A DNA stretch of 64,000 bases from positions 4,000,001 to 4,064,000 of the forward strand of contig OZ240248.1 in the NCBI GenBank assembly GCA_965198235.1, in the 5' to 3' direction. Below, piece by piece: positions 29,932 through 40,418 of the stretch. This stretch comes from Candidatus Poribacteria bacterium (lineage in GTDB: Bacteria > Poribacteria > WGA-4E > WGA-3G). Both the position numbers and the translations under genes were made by a program. The notes beneath the pieces are model-generated. The model was given only the letters and a program-made list of their open reading frames with translations. It did not search any database and was not told the DNA's origin. Numbering within the stretch: the stretch's first letter is position 1; the number at the start of each line of letters is the position of its first letter.

Positions 29932-30924
29932 ATGAAAAGACGAACGTTCATAAAACTGAGCGCGATTAGTGCAGCAGGAATGGTCCTGCCCCTTCAATTG
30001 GAAGGACACGCGGCAGCGATGCCACGACTCAAGCCGAGCACACTGATGACCCCGAATGCTGACTTCTATATCCTACAGATCGGCGATCCTGTTGAACTTG
30101 ACGCAGCGACATGGCGATTGCCAATCACCGGTCTCACCGAAAAACGGATACCACCGCTGCGACTTGAAGACATCACTACGATGGAGTCCGTCACGGCGAC
30201 GCGAACCTTGAAGTGTATCGGTGACCCGATCGGTACGGAACAGATGAGCAATGCGGTGTGGAAAGGGATTCGATTACGCGATCTGCTCGAGAAAGTCGGA
30301 CCAAAACCCGAAGTCAAAGTGGTCGTTTTCCGGTGTGCGGATGGTTACCATACTGCGACTCCTTTGGAAGACGCGATGGGTGAAGAGACGCTTCTCGCTT
30401 ATGAAATGAACGATGAACCGCTACCGACTGAGCACGGCTTCCCAGTCCGATTGCTCAACCCCGGTCATTACGGCACGAAAAATCCGAAATGGATAATCAA
30501 CATTCAGTTGGCGAAGGAACACGAAAGTTACTGGGAGAAACGGGGCTGGGATCCGATCGCGAATGTGAAACTCGCCACAATGATTGGAACACCGAGTGAA
30601 GGCGAGGAAATTCCCGGCGGCAAGGTTTACACAGTAAGCGGTGCGGCGTTCGATGCAGGCAACCACGGCGGCATCAAGAAGGTAGAAGTTAGTATCGACT
30701 ACGGACAGACATGGGAAGAAGCAGAAATTTGGGCGAAAGATACCCCACTTGCATGGGTGCTCTGGAAATGGAATTGGCAGGTTCCTGAGAAATCAGAGCC
30801 TGTTGAGATTTACGCGAGAGCCACCGCCAACAGTGGTGTTACGCAAGACGAAATCGGAATCGAAGTAGAACCAGTTGGCGCGACAGGCTATCATATAATC
30901 GACGCAGCGATTGTGATGCCATAG
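29932..30924 (+). CDS. sulfite oxidase-like molybdopterin oxidoreductase (Tat-exported)
   Basis: KRRTFIK Tat motif, TLKCIG, EHGFPVRL, YGTKNPKW, VEVSID dimerisation domain. Confidence 0.85.
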   Translation: MKRRTFIKLSAISAAGMVLPLQLEGHAAAMPRLKPSTLMTPNADFYILQIGDPVELDAATWRLPITGLTEKRIPPLRLEDITTMESVTATRTLKCIGDPIGTEQMSNAVWKGIRLRDLLEKVGPKPEVKVVVFRCADGYHTATPLEDAMGEETLLAYEMNDEPLPTEHGFPVRLLNPGHYGTKNPKWIINIQLAKEHESYWEKRGWDPIANVKLATMIGTPSEGEEIPGGKVYTVSGAAFDAGNHGGIKKVEVSIDYGQTWEEAEIWAKDTPLAWVLWKWNWQVPEKSEPVEIYARATANSGVTQDEIGIEVEPVGATGYHIIDAAIVMP

Positions 30925-30955
30925 CGTAGGAGGGGTTTTCAACCCCGATGCCTTA

Positions 30956-32161
30956 ATGCGCCTAAAACCGCTCCAACTACTCACCGTTTATCTGCCAGTC
31001 CTACTGATTGACTTTGCCTTTAGCAATATCCTAACCAATACCTCTTTTTATACCAGTCATTTAGGACTCTCCTCAACCTTCCTTGGCGTGTTGATGGCAG
31101 TAACCAACGGGATTTTCGCGCTGCTCGCGATCCCGTGTGGGAGACTCTCGGACCGGATAGAGCGTCGGTATATCCTTTACGCCGCGTGTCTGCTACTTAG
31201 TGCCGTCAGCATAGGACTCGCCCTTTGTCGAAATAGTGGACATCTAATGAGTGTCTTTCCCGGAATCGGTATCAGTATGGCACTCTTCTTTCCTGTTTAC
31301 GAGGCATGGCTCGCTGAACGGGAAGGCGAAGGCGAATTAATCCAAAGGATTATGCTCTTCAACCTATTCTGGAGCATCGGCATGACCTTGGGTCCGGCGT
31401 TCTCGAGTTATCTGTACGGCGAGGCAAACCCGTTTAGACCTTTCTACCTCGCCGGTGTCTTCGCTATACTCACCCTATTGACAATTTGGGCTTCTCGTAT
31501 TGCCAAATCCGACCCATCAAATCCGTCCGTCCACACAGATGAATCCGACCCGGAATCACCTGAGATACTGTATCCACCGCCACCTGTTCGGATGACTTAT
31601 CTCCATCTGGCTCGGTGTGCGAATTTCGTCTCGTGGTTCGCGCTTGGTGTCCTCCGCCAACTCGCGCCAAAACTTATGTTGGAGATGGGGATCCGTCCCA
31701 TAATATACGGTAACCTGATGTTGATCCTCGGTGGTGTGCAAACGTTGGCGTTCCTTGTCCTCGGGACAGGCTACTCGACGCGGTGGCATTATCGCTTTAG
31801 CCCGCTATTCATTGTTCAGGTGCTGGCAATTCTGAGTTTCCTCAGCATAGGACTCGCACAGCACATGATTCTCTGGGCTTTCGCTTTTCCGGTTATCGGT
31901 GTGTCTGTTGCGTTTACCTACTTCAGTAGTCTCTACTACGGGCTGGACCGGCATATGGATAAGGGGAATAAGAGCGGGTGGCACGAAGCCATATTAGGCG
32001 TTGGGATCCTGTTAGGTCCCTTCCTTGGAGGTATCTCAGCGGACTCATCATTGGGCGTTCAGAGTCCTTACCTACTCTGTGCGGTAGCGATTGCTATCGC
32101 GATCCTCATAGAGATTTTCATTCTGTTTAAGAATTTTCGACATCAAGCAGATTCGCCTTGA
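30956..32161 (+). CDS. MFS transporter
   Basis: GRLSDRIERR motif A, about 12 TM segments. Confidence 0.85.
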   Translation: MRLKPLQLLTVYLPVLLIDFAFSNILTNTSFYTSHLGLSSTFLGVLMAVTNGIFALLAIPCGRLSDRIERRYILYAACLLLSAVSIGLALCRNSGHLMSVFPGIGISMALFFPVYEAWLAEREGEGELIQRIMLFNLFWSIGMTLGPAFSSYLYGEANPFRPFYLAGVFAILTLLTIWASRIAKSDPSNPSVHTDESDPESPEILYPPPPVRMTYLHLARCANFVSWFALGVLRQLAPKLMLEMGIRPIIYGNLMLILGGVQTLAFLVLGTGYSTRWHYRFSPLFIVQVLAILSFLSIGLAQHMILWAFAFPVIGVSVAFTYFSSLYYGLDRHMDKGNKSGWHEAILGVGILLGPFLGGISADSSLGVQSPYLLCAVAIAIAILIEIFILFKNFRHQADSP

Positions 32162-33257
32162 TGTAGTCTTCATCAGGCGTAACACCGAGACCTGGACCGT
32201 CCGGGACCGTGACGACGTGGTCGTGGATTTCGACACCGCTCACTGCCATGGTTTCCAGAAAAGCAGGGGCGTTGAGTTCAGCCGGGAGAGCAAGGTCCAA
32301 AGTTGAAAAGAGGTGGACGCTTGCGATGAACCCGATTCCTGCTTCTGTCAATCCACTGCCGAGAAGTTCAAGTGAATTGGCTTCGGCGATAGGCACGCTC
32401 TTAAGACATTCGTTTAACCCGCCAGATTTGCACACCTTCAAAACAACAGCATCTGCACATTCCAAGCGTGCGATCTTCGCTAAATCGAAGTAGGTGAAGC
32501 AACCCTCGTCAATGGCGATCGGGATAGAAGCATCTTCTCGAACTCGCTTCATACCGAACCAATCCTGACTTGCGACGGGTTGTTCCATACAGTAAATTTC
32601 ACGGATGTCTGCGACTCGCTTCAGCAATTCAAGGGCATTCGATGGCGTGTAAGACTGATTCGCATCAATCCAGAGTTTAGCATCTGGTGCGGCTTCATGC
32701 ACTGCGCGCAGGCGTTCTTCATCTTCCGCTGGCATTCCAGCGACCTTCACTTTGAAACAGGAACACGGGGACAGGGCTTTTGCTTTCAATCCCATTATCT
32801 CTGGCGTATCAATGCTCAGCGCATAGCAGAGAGGTAGCGTATCGTGGCGTTTTCCGCCGAAGAGGGTATGTAGTGGGATGTCAAGGATTCGTCCACGGAG
32901 GTCCTGCAAAGCGATATCAACGGCGGCTTTCGCAAAAGGATGTCCATTGCTAACGGCAGGTTTCAATGCCTGATAAATTGCCTCATGGATTTGGTTGAAA
33001 TTTAATGGATTACGTCCGAGCAGCAATGGAGCAATGTGATGTTGAACGGTGGTTGTGATAGATTCGGTGGTTTCGTAACTCCATGAAGGGAGCGCGCGTT
33101 GTTCACCCCAACCGATGTAGCCATCGTCTGTTGTAATTTTGACAAAAACATGGTCGCCTGCGGATCCAGGGTCTCCGACAAAGCCGGTCCCGATATTAAA
33201 GATGTCTTTCATCCCGACAGCAGTGGGATAAACGTCTACGTGGGCTATTTTGGACAT
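32127..33257 (-). CDS. mandelate racemase/muconate lactonizing (enolase superfamily) enzyme
   Basis: FKVKV, IDANQ, MEQP, IAIDE, PGLG. Confidence 0.9.
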   Translation of the reverse strand: MSKIAHVDVYPTAVGMKDIFNIGTGFVGDPGSAGDHVFVKITTDDGYIGWGEQRALPSWSYETTESITTTVQHHIAPLLLGRNPLNFNQIHEAIYQALKPAVSNGHPFAKAAVDIALQDLRGRILDIPLHTLFGGKRHDTLPLCYALSIDTPEIMGLKAKALSPCSCFKVKVAGMPAEDEERLRAVHEAAPDAKLWIDANQSYTPSNALELLKRVADIREIYCMEQPVASQDWFGMKRVREDASIPIAIDEGCFTYFDLAKIARLECADAVVLKVCKSGGLNECLKSVPIAEANSLELLGSGLTEAGIGFIASVHLFSTLDLALPAELNAPAFLETMAVSGVEIHDHVVTVPDGPGLGVTPDEDYIKANLLDVENS

Positions 33258-33515
33258 GTGTGAATAGGTTACTCCATTATTGGAAAGTGTCTCTGTATTT
33301 TAGCACACATCTAAGCAATTTATCAAACATATAGGGCAAAAGTAAAGGGCATTCAGTTTTAAAAATTTACTGGATTGTATGGTTTGCCAACCATGAGTGA
33401 GTCCGTTCGTAGTAGTGCGATTCATCGCACGTTCTAAAGGTGTATAGCGGGCAATAATGGGAAACCTCGCCAGTGTCGGTTGAGCGTTTAATGCCCATCA
33501 AGCACAGAATTTCCG

Positions 33516-33544
33516 TTGACATGTTCCCAACTATCCGCTATAGT
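33516..33544 (+). promoter_or_regulatory. sigma70 promoter
   Basis: TTGACA-17-TATAGT. Confidence 0.6.
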
Positions 33545-33588
33545 AATAGGAACACCGGTTGCTCTATGTCGTTATAAGGAAACTATGC

Positions 33589-33855
33589 ATGCTATTTATT
33601 ATTTTTGTAATTCTTACACCTATCACCGTTTGGTTGATTTTGCACTTCATGTCCCGGCGGAAAGCCGGCACGGAAACGACTGAACCGGGAGCACTCATGG
33701 AAGTCTGTGCGATCTGTCAAAACGAATTTACAATGACCGAATTGCTCGAAAAAGAGGTCGGTGGATACAGCAGGGTCTACTGTTTCTGCGGACAATGTAT
33801 TGAAAACCTCTATAACGAATACAGGAACAAAACAGACACCAACACAGGAGAATGA
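33589..33855 (+). CDS. small membrane-anchored zinc-finger protein
   Basis: N-terminal TM; CAIC ... CFCGQC. Confidence 0.55.
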   Translation: MLFIIFVILTPITVWLILHFMSRRKAGTETTEPGALMEVCAICQNEFTMTELLEKEVGGYSRVYCFCGQCIENLYNEYRNKTDTNTGE

Positions 33856-33858
33856 ACT

Positions 33859-34902
33859 ATGTACGATTTAGTTACGTTTGGGGAAGCGATGATCCGACTC
33901 ACCGCCCCGGAATATATGCGCCTTGAGCAGGTGTCATCGCTCTCAATCACAGCAGGCGGTGCGGAGATGAACGTCGCCGTCAATGCTGCACAACTCGGAT
34001 TGCGGAGTGCATGGGTATCACGACTCGTAGACAACTGGTCGGGTTGGTATATCCGCAACAAGGGGCGCGAACTCGGTGTGGATATGTCGAACATTGTTTG
34101 GGTCGATTTCGACGGGGTCGGCTTGGAGCGCAACGGATTCTATCACCTTGAGTTAGGCGCAGGACCGCGTGCAAGCAGCGTCACCTATGATCGCGGGTAT
34201 TCTGCGATTTCTAACGTGCAACTTGGAGAGATTGATTGGGCATCTATTTTTAGCGATGCGCGCTGGTTTCATCTTAGCGGTATTACGCCTGCGTTGTCAG
34301 AATCCGCGGCGGCTGTCTCGGCAGAAGCACTCAAAGCAGCACGCGCTGCAGGGGTCAAAACCAGCTATGACCTGAACTTCCGATCCAAATTGTGGAGTGC
34401 AGAGGAAGCGCAAGCGGCAAATCAACCAATGATGGAGCATGTCTCTGTTCTTATCGGTAATGAAGAGGATTTTGAGAAATCCCTCGGTTTCGCAGCGGAA
34501 GGGGCAACCGAATCCTATAGCAGTCTTGAACCTGACAGCTACAAGGCGGTTGCACAACGTGTCAAGGACGCTTTCCCGAACGTTGAGATGATCGGTACGA
34601 CGTTGCGTGATGCCAAAACGGGTTGGTTGAACGATTGGCGGACACTCCTGTTTGATGGTGAAGAATTCTATTTGTCACGTATCTATGAGAATCTGGAACT
34701 GGTAGATAGGGTCGGCGGCGGGGATAGTTTCTCGTCGGGGCTCATCTATAGCCTACTGAACGGAAAATCACTGCAGGAAGCCGTTGATTTCGCAGGTGGG
34801 TATTCCGCCTTAGCGCATACCTTCCCCGGTGACTTCAACTGGGCAACAGCAGAAGAAGCAGAAAAAGCGATGGAAGCGGGGAGCGTGCGTATCAGCCGCT
34901 AA
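33859..34902 (+). CDS. kdgK: PfkB family sugar kinase (2-keto-3-deoxygluconate kinase-like)
   Basis: TFGEAMIRL, GGAEMNVA, HLSGITPA, YDLNFRSKLW, DRVGGGDSF. Confidence 0.8.
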   Translation: MYDLVTFGEAMIRLTAPEYMRLEQVSSLSITAGGAEMNVAVNAAQLGLRSAWVSRLVDNWSGWYIRNKGRELGVDMSNIVWVDFDGVGLERNGFYHLELGAGPRASSVTYDRGYSAISNVQLGEIDWASIFSDARWFHLSGITPALSESAAAVSAEALKAARAAGVKTSYDLNFRSKLWSAEEAQAANQPMMEHVSVLIGNEEDFEKSLGFAAEGATESYSSLEPDSYKAVAQRVKDAFPNVEMIGTTLRDAKTGWLNDWRTLLFDGEEFYLSRIYENLELVDRVGGGDSFSSGLIYSLLNGKSLQEAVDFAGGYSALAHTFPGDFNWATAEEAEKAMEAGSVRISR

Positions 34903-34914
34903 ACGGATAAATCT

Positions 34915-35922
34915 ATGGAAAAAATTTTTCTCTCTCCTATTTTTGAAAATACCGAGTTTGATTCTGCGGAACGCCGAGCGGCGTTGGCAGATTTGCAGCA
35001 ATTCGGTGAGTTGAGCATCCACCCACGGGAACTGACTGAGGAACATGCTGATGGCGTTATTGGTGTGATCGCAGGGGGGGTGCCTTGTCATGAAAGCTTC
35101 TACCAAGCGGCAGAATCGCTCCGAATCATTGCGCGTTGGGGTGTGGGATATGAAACCGTTAACGTTGATTTAGCGACGGAGTATGGTGTTATTGTCACGA
35201 TTGCCCCTGAACACATGGTGACTGTTGCTGAATATGCGATTGCACAGTGGTTCGCGACCATGAAGCGCGTCTATACGCTAAACAACGCCTCCCATAACGG
35301 GAATTTCGGGCTTATCAAGACCCATGAGGTGATGGGTTCTACGCTCGGTTTGTACGGTTTTGGTCGGATAGGTCAAGAGGTAGCGCGCCGTGCTCGTCCG
35401 CTTCTCGGTGAGCAAGGGAGCCTCTTGGTTTATGATATTCGTCCAGATATCGCTGAACTCGCCGCGCAATTTGGTGCGGAGACTGTCGATACGCCGCTGA
35501 CGCTCTTCCAAGAGAGCGATACTGTATCCCTACACCTATCAGGTGCGGATACTGTTGTCGGCTATGAGGAACTTTGCGCCATGAAACCGCATGCGTCTCT
35601 CATCAATCCATCGCGTGGGAACCTCGTTAACGATGAAGCAGCCAACCGCGCTGTTAGCGAAAATCGGCTCTGGTATTATGTCGTGGATGATCCTGTTAAT
35701 GGACCGCGGGCGATCCACAAAGACCATCCGCGCATTATCTGTACGAATCACAACGCGGGCATGACTGTTGAATCTGGTATTCGGTTGGATCTTCGGACAA
35801 TTGGGCAGGTTACGGATGCGATTCAGGGACGCGCACCCGCTTATGTTCTGAACCCGGAAGTCCTGGAGCATCCAAGGGTTAAGGCGTTTTGCAAGGATAC
35901 TTCTCAAGCACTTAAGCTGTAA
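34915..35922 (+). CDS. D-isomer specific 2-hydroxyacid dehydrogenase
   Basis: RWGVGYE, GLYGFGRIG, LINPSRG, TNHNAG. Confidence 0.85.
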   Translation: MEKIFLSPIFENTEFDSAERRAALADLQQFGELSIHPRELTEEHADGVIGVIAGGVPCHESFYQAAESLRIIARWGVGYETVNVDLATEYGVIVTIAPEHMVTVAEYAIAQWFATMKRVYTLNNASHNGNFGLIKTHEVMGSTLGLYGFGRIGQEVARRARPLLGEQGSLLVYDIRPDIAELAAQFGAETVDTPLTLFQESDTVSLHLSGADTVVGYEELCAMKPHASLINPSRGNLVNDEAANRAVSENRLWYYVVDDPVNGPRAIHKDHPRIICTNHNAGMTVESGIRLDLRTIGQVTDAIQGRAPAYVLNPEVLEHPRVKAFCKDTSQALKL

Positions 35923-35924
35923 CT

Positions 35925-37046
35925 TTAGTTTTTTTCAAGAAGGAAAAGGAATTCACGGTTCGGTGCTTCAGCAGCGTTCACCCACTTATGTGTCCATCTC
36001 ATACCTGCCATGACGTTCTTTTTGTAGTCAAGTTCAAGGACAGCAAGGAGTTTTCCGTTGTCTTGCATGACTCCGTTCAATTGTTGAGCAGTCGCGCGAC
36101 CGCCGGAACTGTAAGAGAGCAGAATCCAGCGGGCTTGTATCTCTTGGATTAACTTCGCAATGGCTTGGACAGCAATGAATTGTCCGTCATCGTTGCGGCG
36201 GAATTCCTCAAATATAGAAGCGGCGAGGGGATCTGATGTATCCTTTCGCCGTTTTGCTTTGCCGAAAAGGGTGGGTTTGTCGAAGAGGACAACGCTTTGC
36301 CAGAGATGGTAATAAGCGGCATACCTGACACGGGACGGCGGCATTTTCTCGTTGTTTGAACCATAAGGCGGATCGAAATACGCGAGATCTACGGAGACAC
36401 GCGGCACGAGTTCAAAAATGTCGGTTTGATGGACCTGGTGATCTCCTTCTGACCTGAAAACATTAGGCACTTTAAGCACTAATTCTTTGTAGGCACGGGG
36501 TGCCCACTCTTTGAGATAAGCCGAAAAATGACCGAGGGTGCTGTCAACACGGTCAAGTGCGAGCATCAGGCTTGTGAGTGCCACAGCTTTTTCGATCAGA
36601 TCGAGTTTGAGGGTTTCGATTTCCTGCCGAATCGCATCCAGTTTACGAGTATTGTGAAGCTGCCACGGTTTCTTGAGTCCATCTTCCTGAATTGCGCAGC
36701 CACTGTTGGCGTGTCCGCCGTAATGTTCCGTAAACCAACCGTCAACGGGTGGAACAGCCTTGAGATGATCGATGAGCGGTTGGTATGCTTCCTTCGGTTT
36801 TGTGTTGAGGAGATAGCAGGTACCGAAGATTTTTGACCAAGGGGCAACATCGTTGCAGATAACAGTATAACCGAGCTTGGCGAGTGCTTGCGAGACACGG
36901 GTCGTGCCTGAGAATCCATCCAGAATTGTCTCAGGGTTGACTTTTTTGACGAGTTCCAGGACCTGTGGGATAAGTTTCAACTTGGAACCGATGTATTTGA
37001 TGCTTTCTGTGGGAGGAGTGTGGAGGTGTGGGAGTTTTTGTTTCAC
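35925..37046 (-). CDS. orphan DNA adenine methyltransferase (D12-type)
   Basis: KYIGSK, LDGFSGT, YFDPPY motifs. Confidence 0.85.
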   Translation of the reverse strand: MKQKLPHLHTPPTESIKYIGSKLKLIPQVLELVKKVNPETILDGFSGTTRVSQALAKLGYTVICNDVAPWSKIFGTCYLLNTKPKEAYQPLIDHLKAVPPVDGWFTEHYGGHANSGCAIQEDGLKKPWQLHNTRKLDAIRQEIETLKLDLIEKAVALTSLMLALDRVDSTLGHFSAYLKEWAPRAYKELVLKVPNVFRSEGDHQVHQTDIFELVPRVSVDLAYFDPPYGSNNEKMPPSRVRYAAYYHLWQSVVLFDKPTLFGKAKRRKDTSDPLAASIFEEFRRNDDGQFIAVQAIAKLIQEIQARWILLSYSSGGRATAQQLNGVMQDNGKLLAVLELDYKKNVMAGMRWTHKWVNAAEAPNREFLFLLEKN

Positions 37047-37055
37047 AAGCTTATG

Positions 37056-37565
37056 TCATCCGTTTGCTTGGGAATTGTGAGGTTTGCGAGTTAGGCGGTA
37101 GACCATCACCGTTTTAGCAACAGGTTCAATCACCCAGACGAGACGCGTCCCTGCTTTCAGGTAGGCTAACGCCTTTTCGGTGACATCGTAGTGTTTATCT
37201 GTCGGGGAGACTATCTCAACAGCGAGATCTGGCGGAACAGGCGACCCCTTACGCCTATTTTCCGGCAGCCGTTCCGTCAACACAAACGCAACATCCGGCT
37301 TTACCAACCTGTCACCCAAGTGAAAAGTCGTCTCTGCGGTGTACAAACGTCCTAACTGGTTTTCACGGACATACAAACCTAAAGCTAAAATAATATTAAT
37401 ACTGATTTCACCATGTTCCATGGATGGCGGTGACAGCGGTACTAACTCTCCTTTTACATATTCATAACCTTCTAAGTCGTTTTCAAGAAATTCCTCCAGC
37501 GTTATTGGCGTTCTGTGTGCCGCTACCTCTTGAATAGATTCAGAGTTTGTTTGTGGATTAAGCAT
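37056..37565 (-). CDS. Uma2 family endonuclease, C-terminally truncated
   Basis: YEYVKGEL, KPDVAF, PDLAVEIVSP, LVWVIEP; ends right after VMVYR without the usual terminal segment. Confidence 0.75.
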   Translation of the reverse strand: MLNPQTNSESIQEVAAHRTPITLEEFLENDLEGYEYVKGELVPLSPPSMEHGEISINIILALGLYVRENQLGRLYTAETTFHLGDRLVKPDVAFVLTERLPENRRKGSPVPPDLAVEIVSPTDKHYDVTEKALAYLKAGTRLVWVIEPVAKTVMVYRLTRKPHNSQANG

Positions 37566-37619
37566 CAATTTCTCCCTCCCCATCTGGTGTGAGATGTCGC
37601 TTCTACAGGCATCCAAAAT

Positions 37620-38858
37620 TTACGTATGACGGATGGCATCAATAGGAGTCATTTTGGAGGCTTGGCTGGCGGGGTAGTAGCCGAAGAAGATACCTATTGC
37701 TGTGCCCGCAGCAACGGAAATCAGCACGGCTTCGGGTGTAATAACAGAGGGCCAGGCAAGTCCTTTAAAGAATTGACTCACCACCCATGCGAATCCTTTT
37801 CCAACGACAGCACCAAAAGCGATACCGATCAGACTCCCAATCAGACATAAGAGTACTGATTCTGTGAGGAACTGTAAACGGATGTCAAAACTCTTTGCCC
37901 CCACCGCTTTTCGGAGTCCAATCTCTGGGATCCGCTCCGTCACCGAAACGAGCATGATGTTCAGAATACCGATGCCGGCTACGATCAACGCAACAGACGC
38001 AATGACGACGAGAACCATCTCTATAATGAAAATGATCCTTCTTCCGCCTTCAATTCCCTTTTTTGCGTTCCACGTTCGGAAAAAGGTGTCATCATCACCG
38101 TGATTACGCATGATGACGGTTTTTACCTCTTTGAGTGCCTGCTCAACTAACTCGATGTTCTTGGCACGCGCCATAATAGCCCCAACCCGATTACGTCCCC
38201 CAAAGCGGGTTTGTGCGGTTGTAATGGGAATGAAGATCATATTATCGTCGCTTTTGCCCATCTCTAACCCATCGCCACGGCTCTCCATAATGCCAATAAC
38301 GGTAAAGCGTTTGTTATCGATACCGACTTCCTTGCCAATGGGGTCCTGTCCTTTAAATTGCTCTTTCCAGACCTTTGCCCCGATGACACAGACCTTATTC
38401 CAGAAATCCATGTCGGTATCGGCGATGAACCTACCGTATTCAGTCTGCCATCGTCGGACGGCTTGATATTCATTGGTTGTTGCACGCATGTAGGTCCGTT
38501 GATGTTTGCCCTCGACTTCAAAGTCTATCGAGTGACTTCTTTCCACGGTGGCGACTTCAACAGATGGACAGCTCGCCAGAATGTCGTGCAGATCCCGCAT
38601 TTCCAGATAATGTGGGCTGGTGTTGCGTTGCCAACGGTTGTTCTTTTCGATATAACCGGGTCGGTAAACGCCGAACATACTGGGTCCACCGATACTTTCA
38701 ATTTGCGTCATCATGAGTTTTTCGGCACCCGCCCCGAAAGACATCATCGCTATCACTCCCGCAATACCGATCGTAATCCCCAAGAGTGTGAGGATCGTGC
38801 GGAGCTTACTGCCGCGAAGCACAGAAAATGCTGAGATGAGATTCTCTAATATTTGCAC
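37620..38858 (-). CDS. MacB/FtsX-type ABC transporter permease (copy 1)
   Basis: LRTILTLLGITIGIA, GIGILNIMLVSVTERIPEIGLRKAVGA, GYYPA. Confidence 0.9.
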   Translation of the reverse strand: MQILENLISAFSVLRGSKLRTILTLLGITIGIAGVIAMMSFGAGAEKLMMTQIESIGGPSMFGVYRPGYIEKNNRWQRNTSPHYLEMRDLHDILASCPSVEVATVERSHSIDFEVEGKHQRTYMRATTNEYQAVRRWQTEYGRFIADTDMDFWNKVCVIGAKVWKEQFKGQDPIGKEVGIDNKRFTVIGIMESRGDGLEMGKSDDNMIFIPITTAQTRFGGRNRVGAIMARAKNIELVEQALKEVKTVIMRNHGDDDTFFRTWNAKKGIEGGRRIIFIIEMVLVVIASVALIVAGIGILNIMLVSVTERIPEIGLRKAVGAKSFDIRLQFLTESVLLCLIGSLIGIAFGAVVGKGFAWVVSQFFKGLAWPSVITPEAVLISVAAGTAIGIFFGYYPASQASKMTPIDAIRHT

Positions 38859-38911
38859 GTTTGTCCTCTATGTTAGCGGTATGTAGTTTTTGGTTTCGTA
38901 TCAGATCTGTG

Positions 38912-38936
38912 GTCGGGATTCGGAGATCCCTCCTAC
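38912..38936 (-). repeat. GTAG-type REP-like unit without insert
   Basis: Minus strand GTAGGAGGGATCTCCGAATCCCGAC, same family as 2372-2396. Confidence 0.7.
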
Positions 38937-38956
38937 AAGGGAGTTCATCCCTATCT

Positions 38957-40207
38957 TTATGTATGACGGATGGCATCAATGGGAGCCATTTTCGCGGCTT
39001 GGCTGGCGGGATAGTAACCGAAGAAGATGCCCACTGCAGCACCCGCTCCCACGGAAATGAGCACGGCTTCTGGGGTCAGGACAGAGGGCCACGCCATTTC
39101 TTCTAAAAACTTACCGACTATCCATGCGAAGCCTTTTCCAACGATAGCACCGAACGCAATGCCGAGCAGACTGCCAATCAGACACAACAACACAGATTCG
39201 GTGAGGAACTGTAAACGGATGTCAAAGCTTTTCGCACCAACGGCTTTTCGCAGTCCAATTTCTGGGATCCGCTCTGTCACCGAGACGAGCATGATGTTCA
39301 GGATACCGATACCGGCTACAATCAAGGATACGGAAGCGATAACGACGAGCACTGTCTCTATGATAAAGATCATTCTTTTCGCATGCGCGATTCCCTTTTT
39401 TGCCGACCACGTTCGGAAGAAGGTATCATCGCCACCGTGGTTACGCATGATGATAGTCTTTACTTCTTTGAGTGCTTGATCTACGAGGAGCGGACTCTTG
39501 GCACGTACCATGATGTGCCCGACGTGATCGTGTCCCCAAAACCGTTTTTGTGCGGTTGTAATCGGAATGAAGAGCATATTGTCATCACTTCTACCTCGCT
39601 CCAGTCCGTCTCCCCGGCTCTCCATGATTCCGATAACAGTGAAACGTTTGTTGTTTCCATGATTGTTGATTATAACTTCCTTACCGATAGGGTCCTGCCC
39701 TTTAAACTGTTCTTTCCAGATTTTTGAGCCGATGACACAAACCTTCGTCCAAGTGTCCATATCGGTATCAGCGAGGAATCTGCCGTATTGCGTGCGCCAT
39801 TCCCGAACGGCTTGGTATTCATTCGTCGTCGCACGGAGATAGGTTCGTTGAAATTTCCCGTCAACACCAAGGCTGATGTAGTAGCTACCCTCGACGGTGG
39901 CAACTTCAACGGAGGGACATTCTGCCAGAACGTCTCGAAGGTCGTCCATCTCTAAATGGTGTGGGCTGGTGTTGCGTTGCCAACGTCCGTTCTTGCGAAC
40001 ATACCCGGGCCGATAAACACCAAACATATTGGGTCCACCGATCTGGTTAACCTCCGCCATCAGTAGTCTTTCGGCACCCGCGCCAAAAGACATCATGGCT
40101 ATTACACCCGCAATACCGATCGTAATTCCCAAGAGTGTAAGAACTGTGCGGAGTTTGCTTCCGCGAAGCACAGAAAACGCTGAGATAAAATTTTCAAGGA
40201 GGTTCAT
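38957..40207 (-). CDS. MacB/FtsX-type ABC transporter permease (copy 2)
   Basis: Tandem paralog of 37620-38858. Confidence 0.9.
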   Translation of the reverse strand: MNLLENFISAFSVLRGSKLRTVLTLLGITIGIAGVIAMMSFGAGAERLLMAEVNQIGGPNMFGVYRPGYVRKNGRWQRNTSPHHLEMDDLRDVLAECPSVEVATVEGSYYISLGVDGKFQRTYLRATTNEYQAVREWRTQYGRFLADTDMDTWTKVCVIGSKIWKEQFKGQDPIGKEVIINNHGNNKRFTVIGIMESRGDGLERGRSDDNMLFIPITTAQKRFWGHDHVGHIMVRAKSPLLVDQALKEVKTIIMRNHGGDDTFFRTWSAKKGIAHAKRMIFIIETVLVVIASVSLIVAGIGILNIMLVSVTERIPEIGLRKAVGAKSFDIRLQFLTESVLLCLIGSLLGIAFGAIVGKGFAWIVGKFLEEMAWPSVLTPEAVLISVGAGAAVGIFFGYYPASQAAKMAPIDAIRHT

Positions 40208-40418
40208 TTCGATTCTTTTTGATGTAGCGTTTGCTCAAGGCTTAGGCATAGATTGGACAAAAACTTTTGATTGCATCAATTCTCAAGGTATGCTAAACTT
40301 TTTAACATTATAGGATGGAGGGAACTCGAGAATCTTTACCCTTCCGTTGGTGTTAAAAGTATACCACAAACGTTTAAGCGTTGCAAATCTTTTAGGTTAA
40401 AATTAGGAGCGGAAAATT

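Noticed and set aside
37620-40207. Near-identical 3' blocks of the two MacB permeases as a possible DGR or inversion system
   Set aside because: Differences are mostly synonymous and not adenine-specific, and no RT or recombinase is nearby; ordinary tandem duplication
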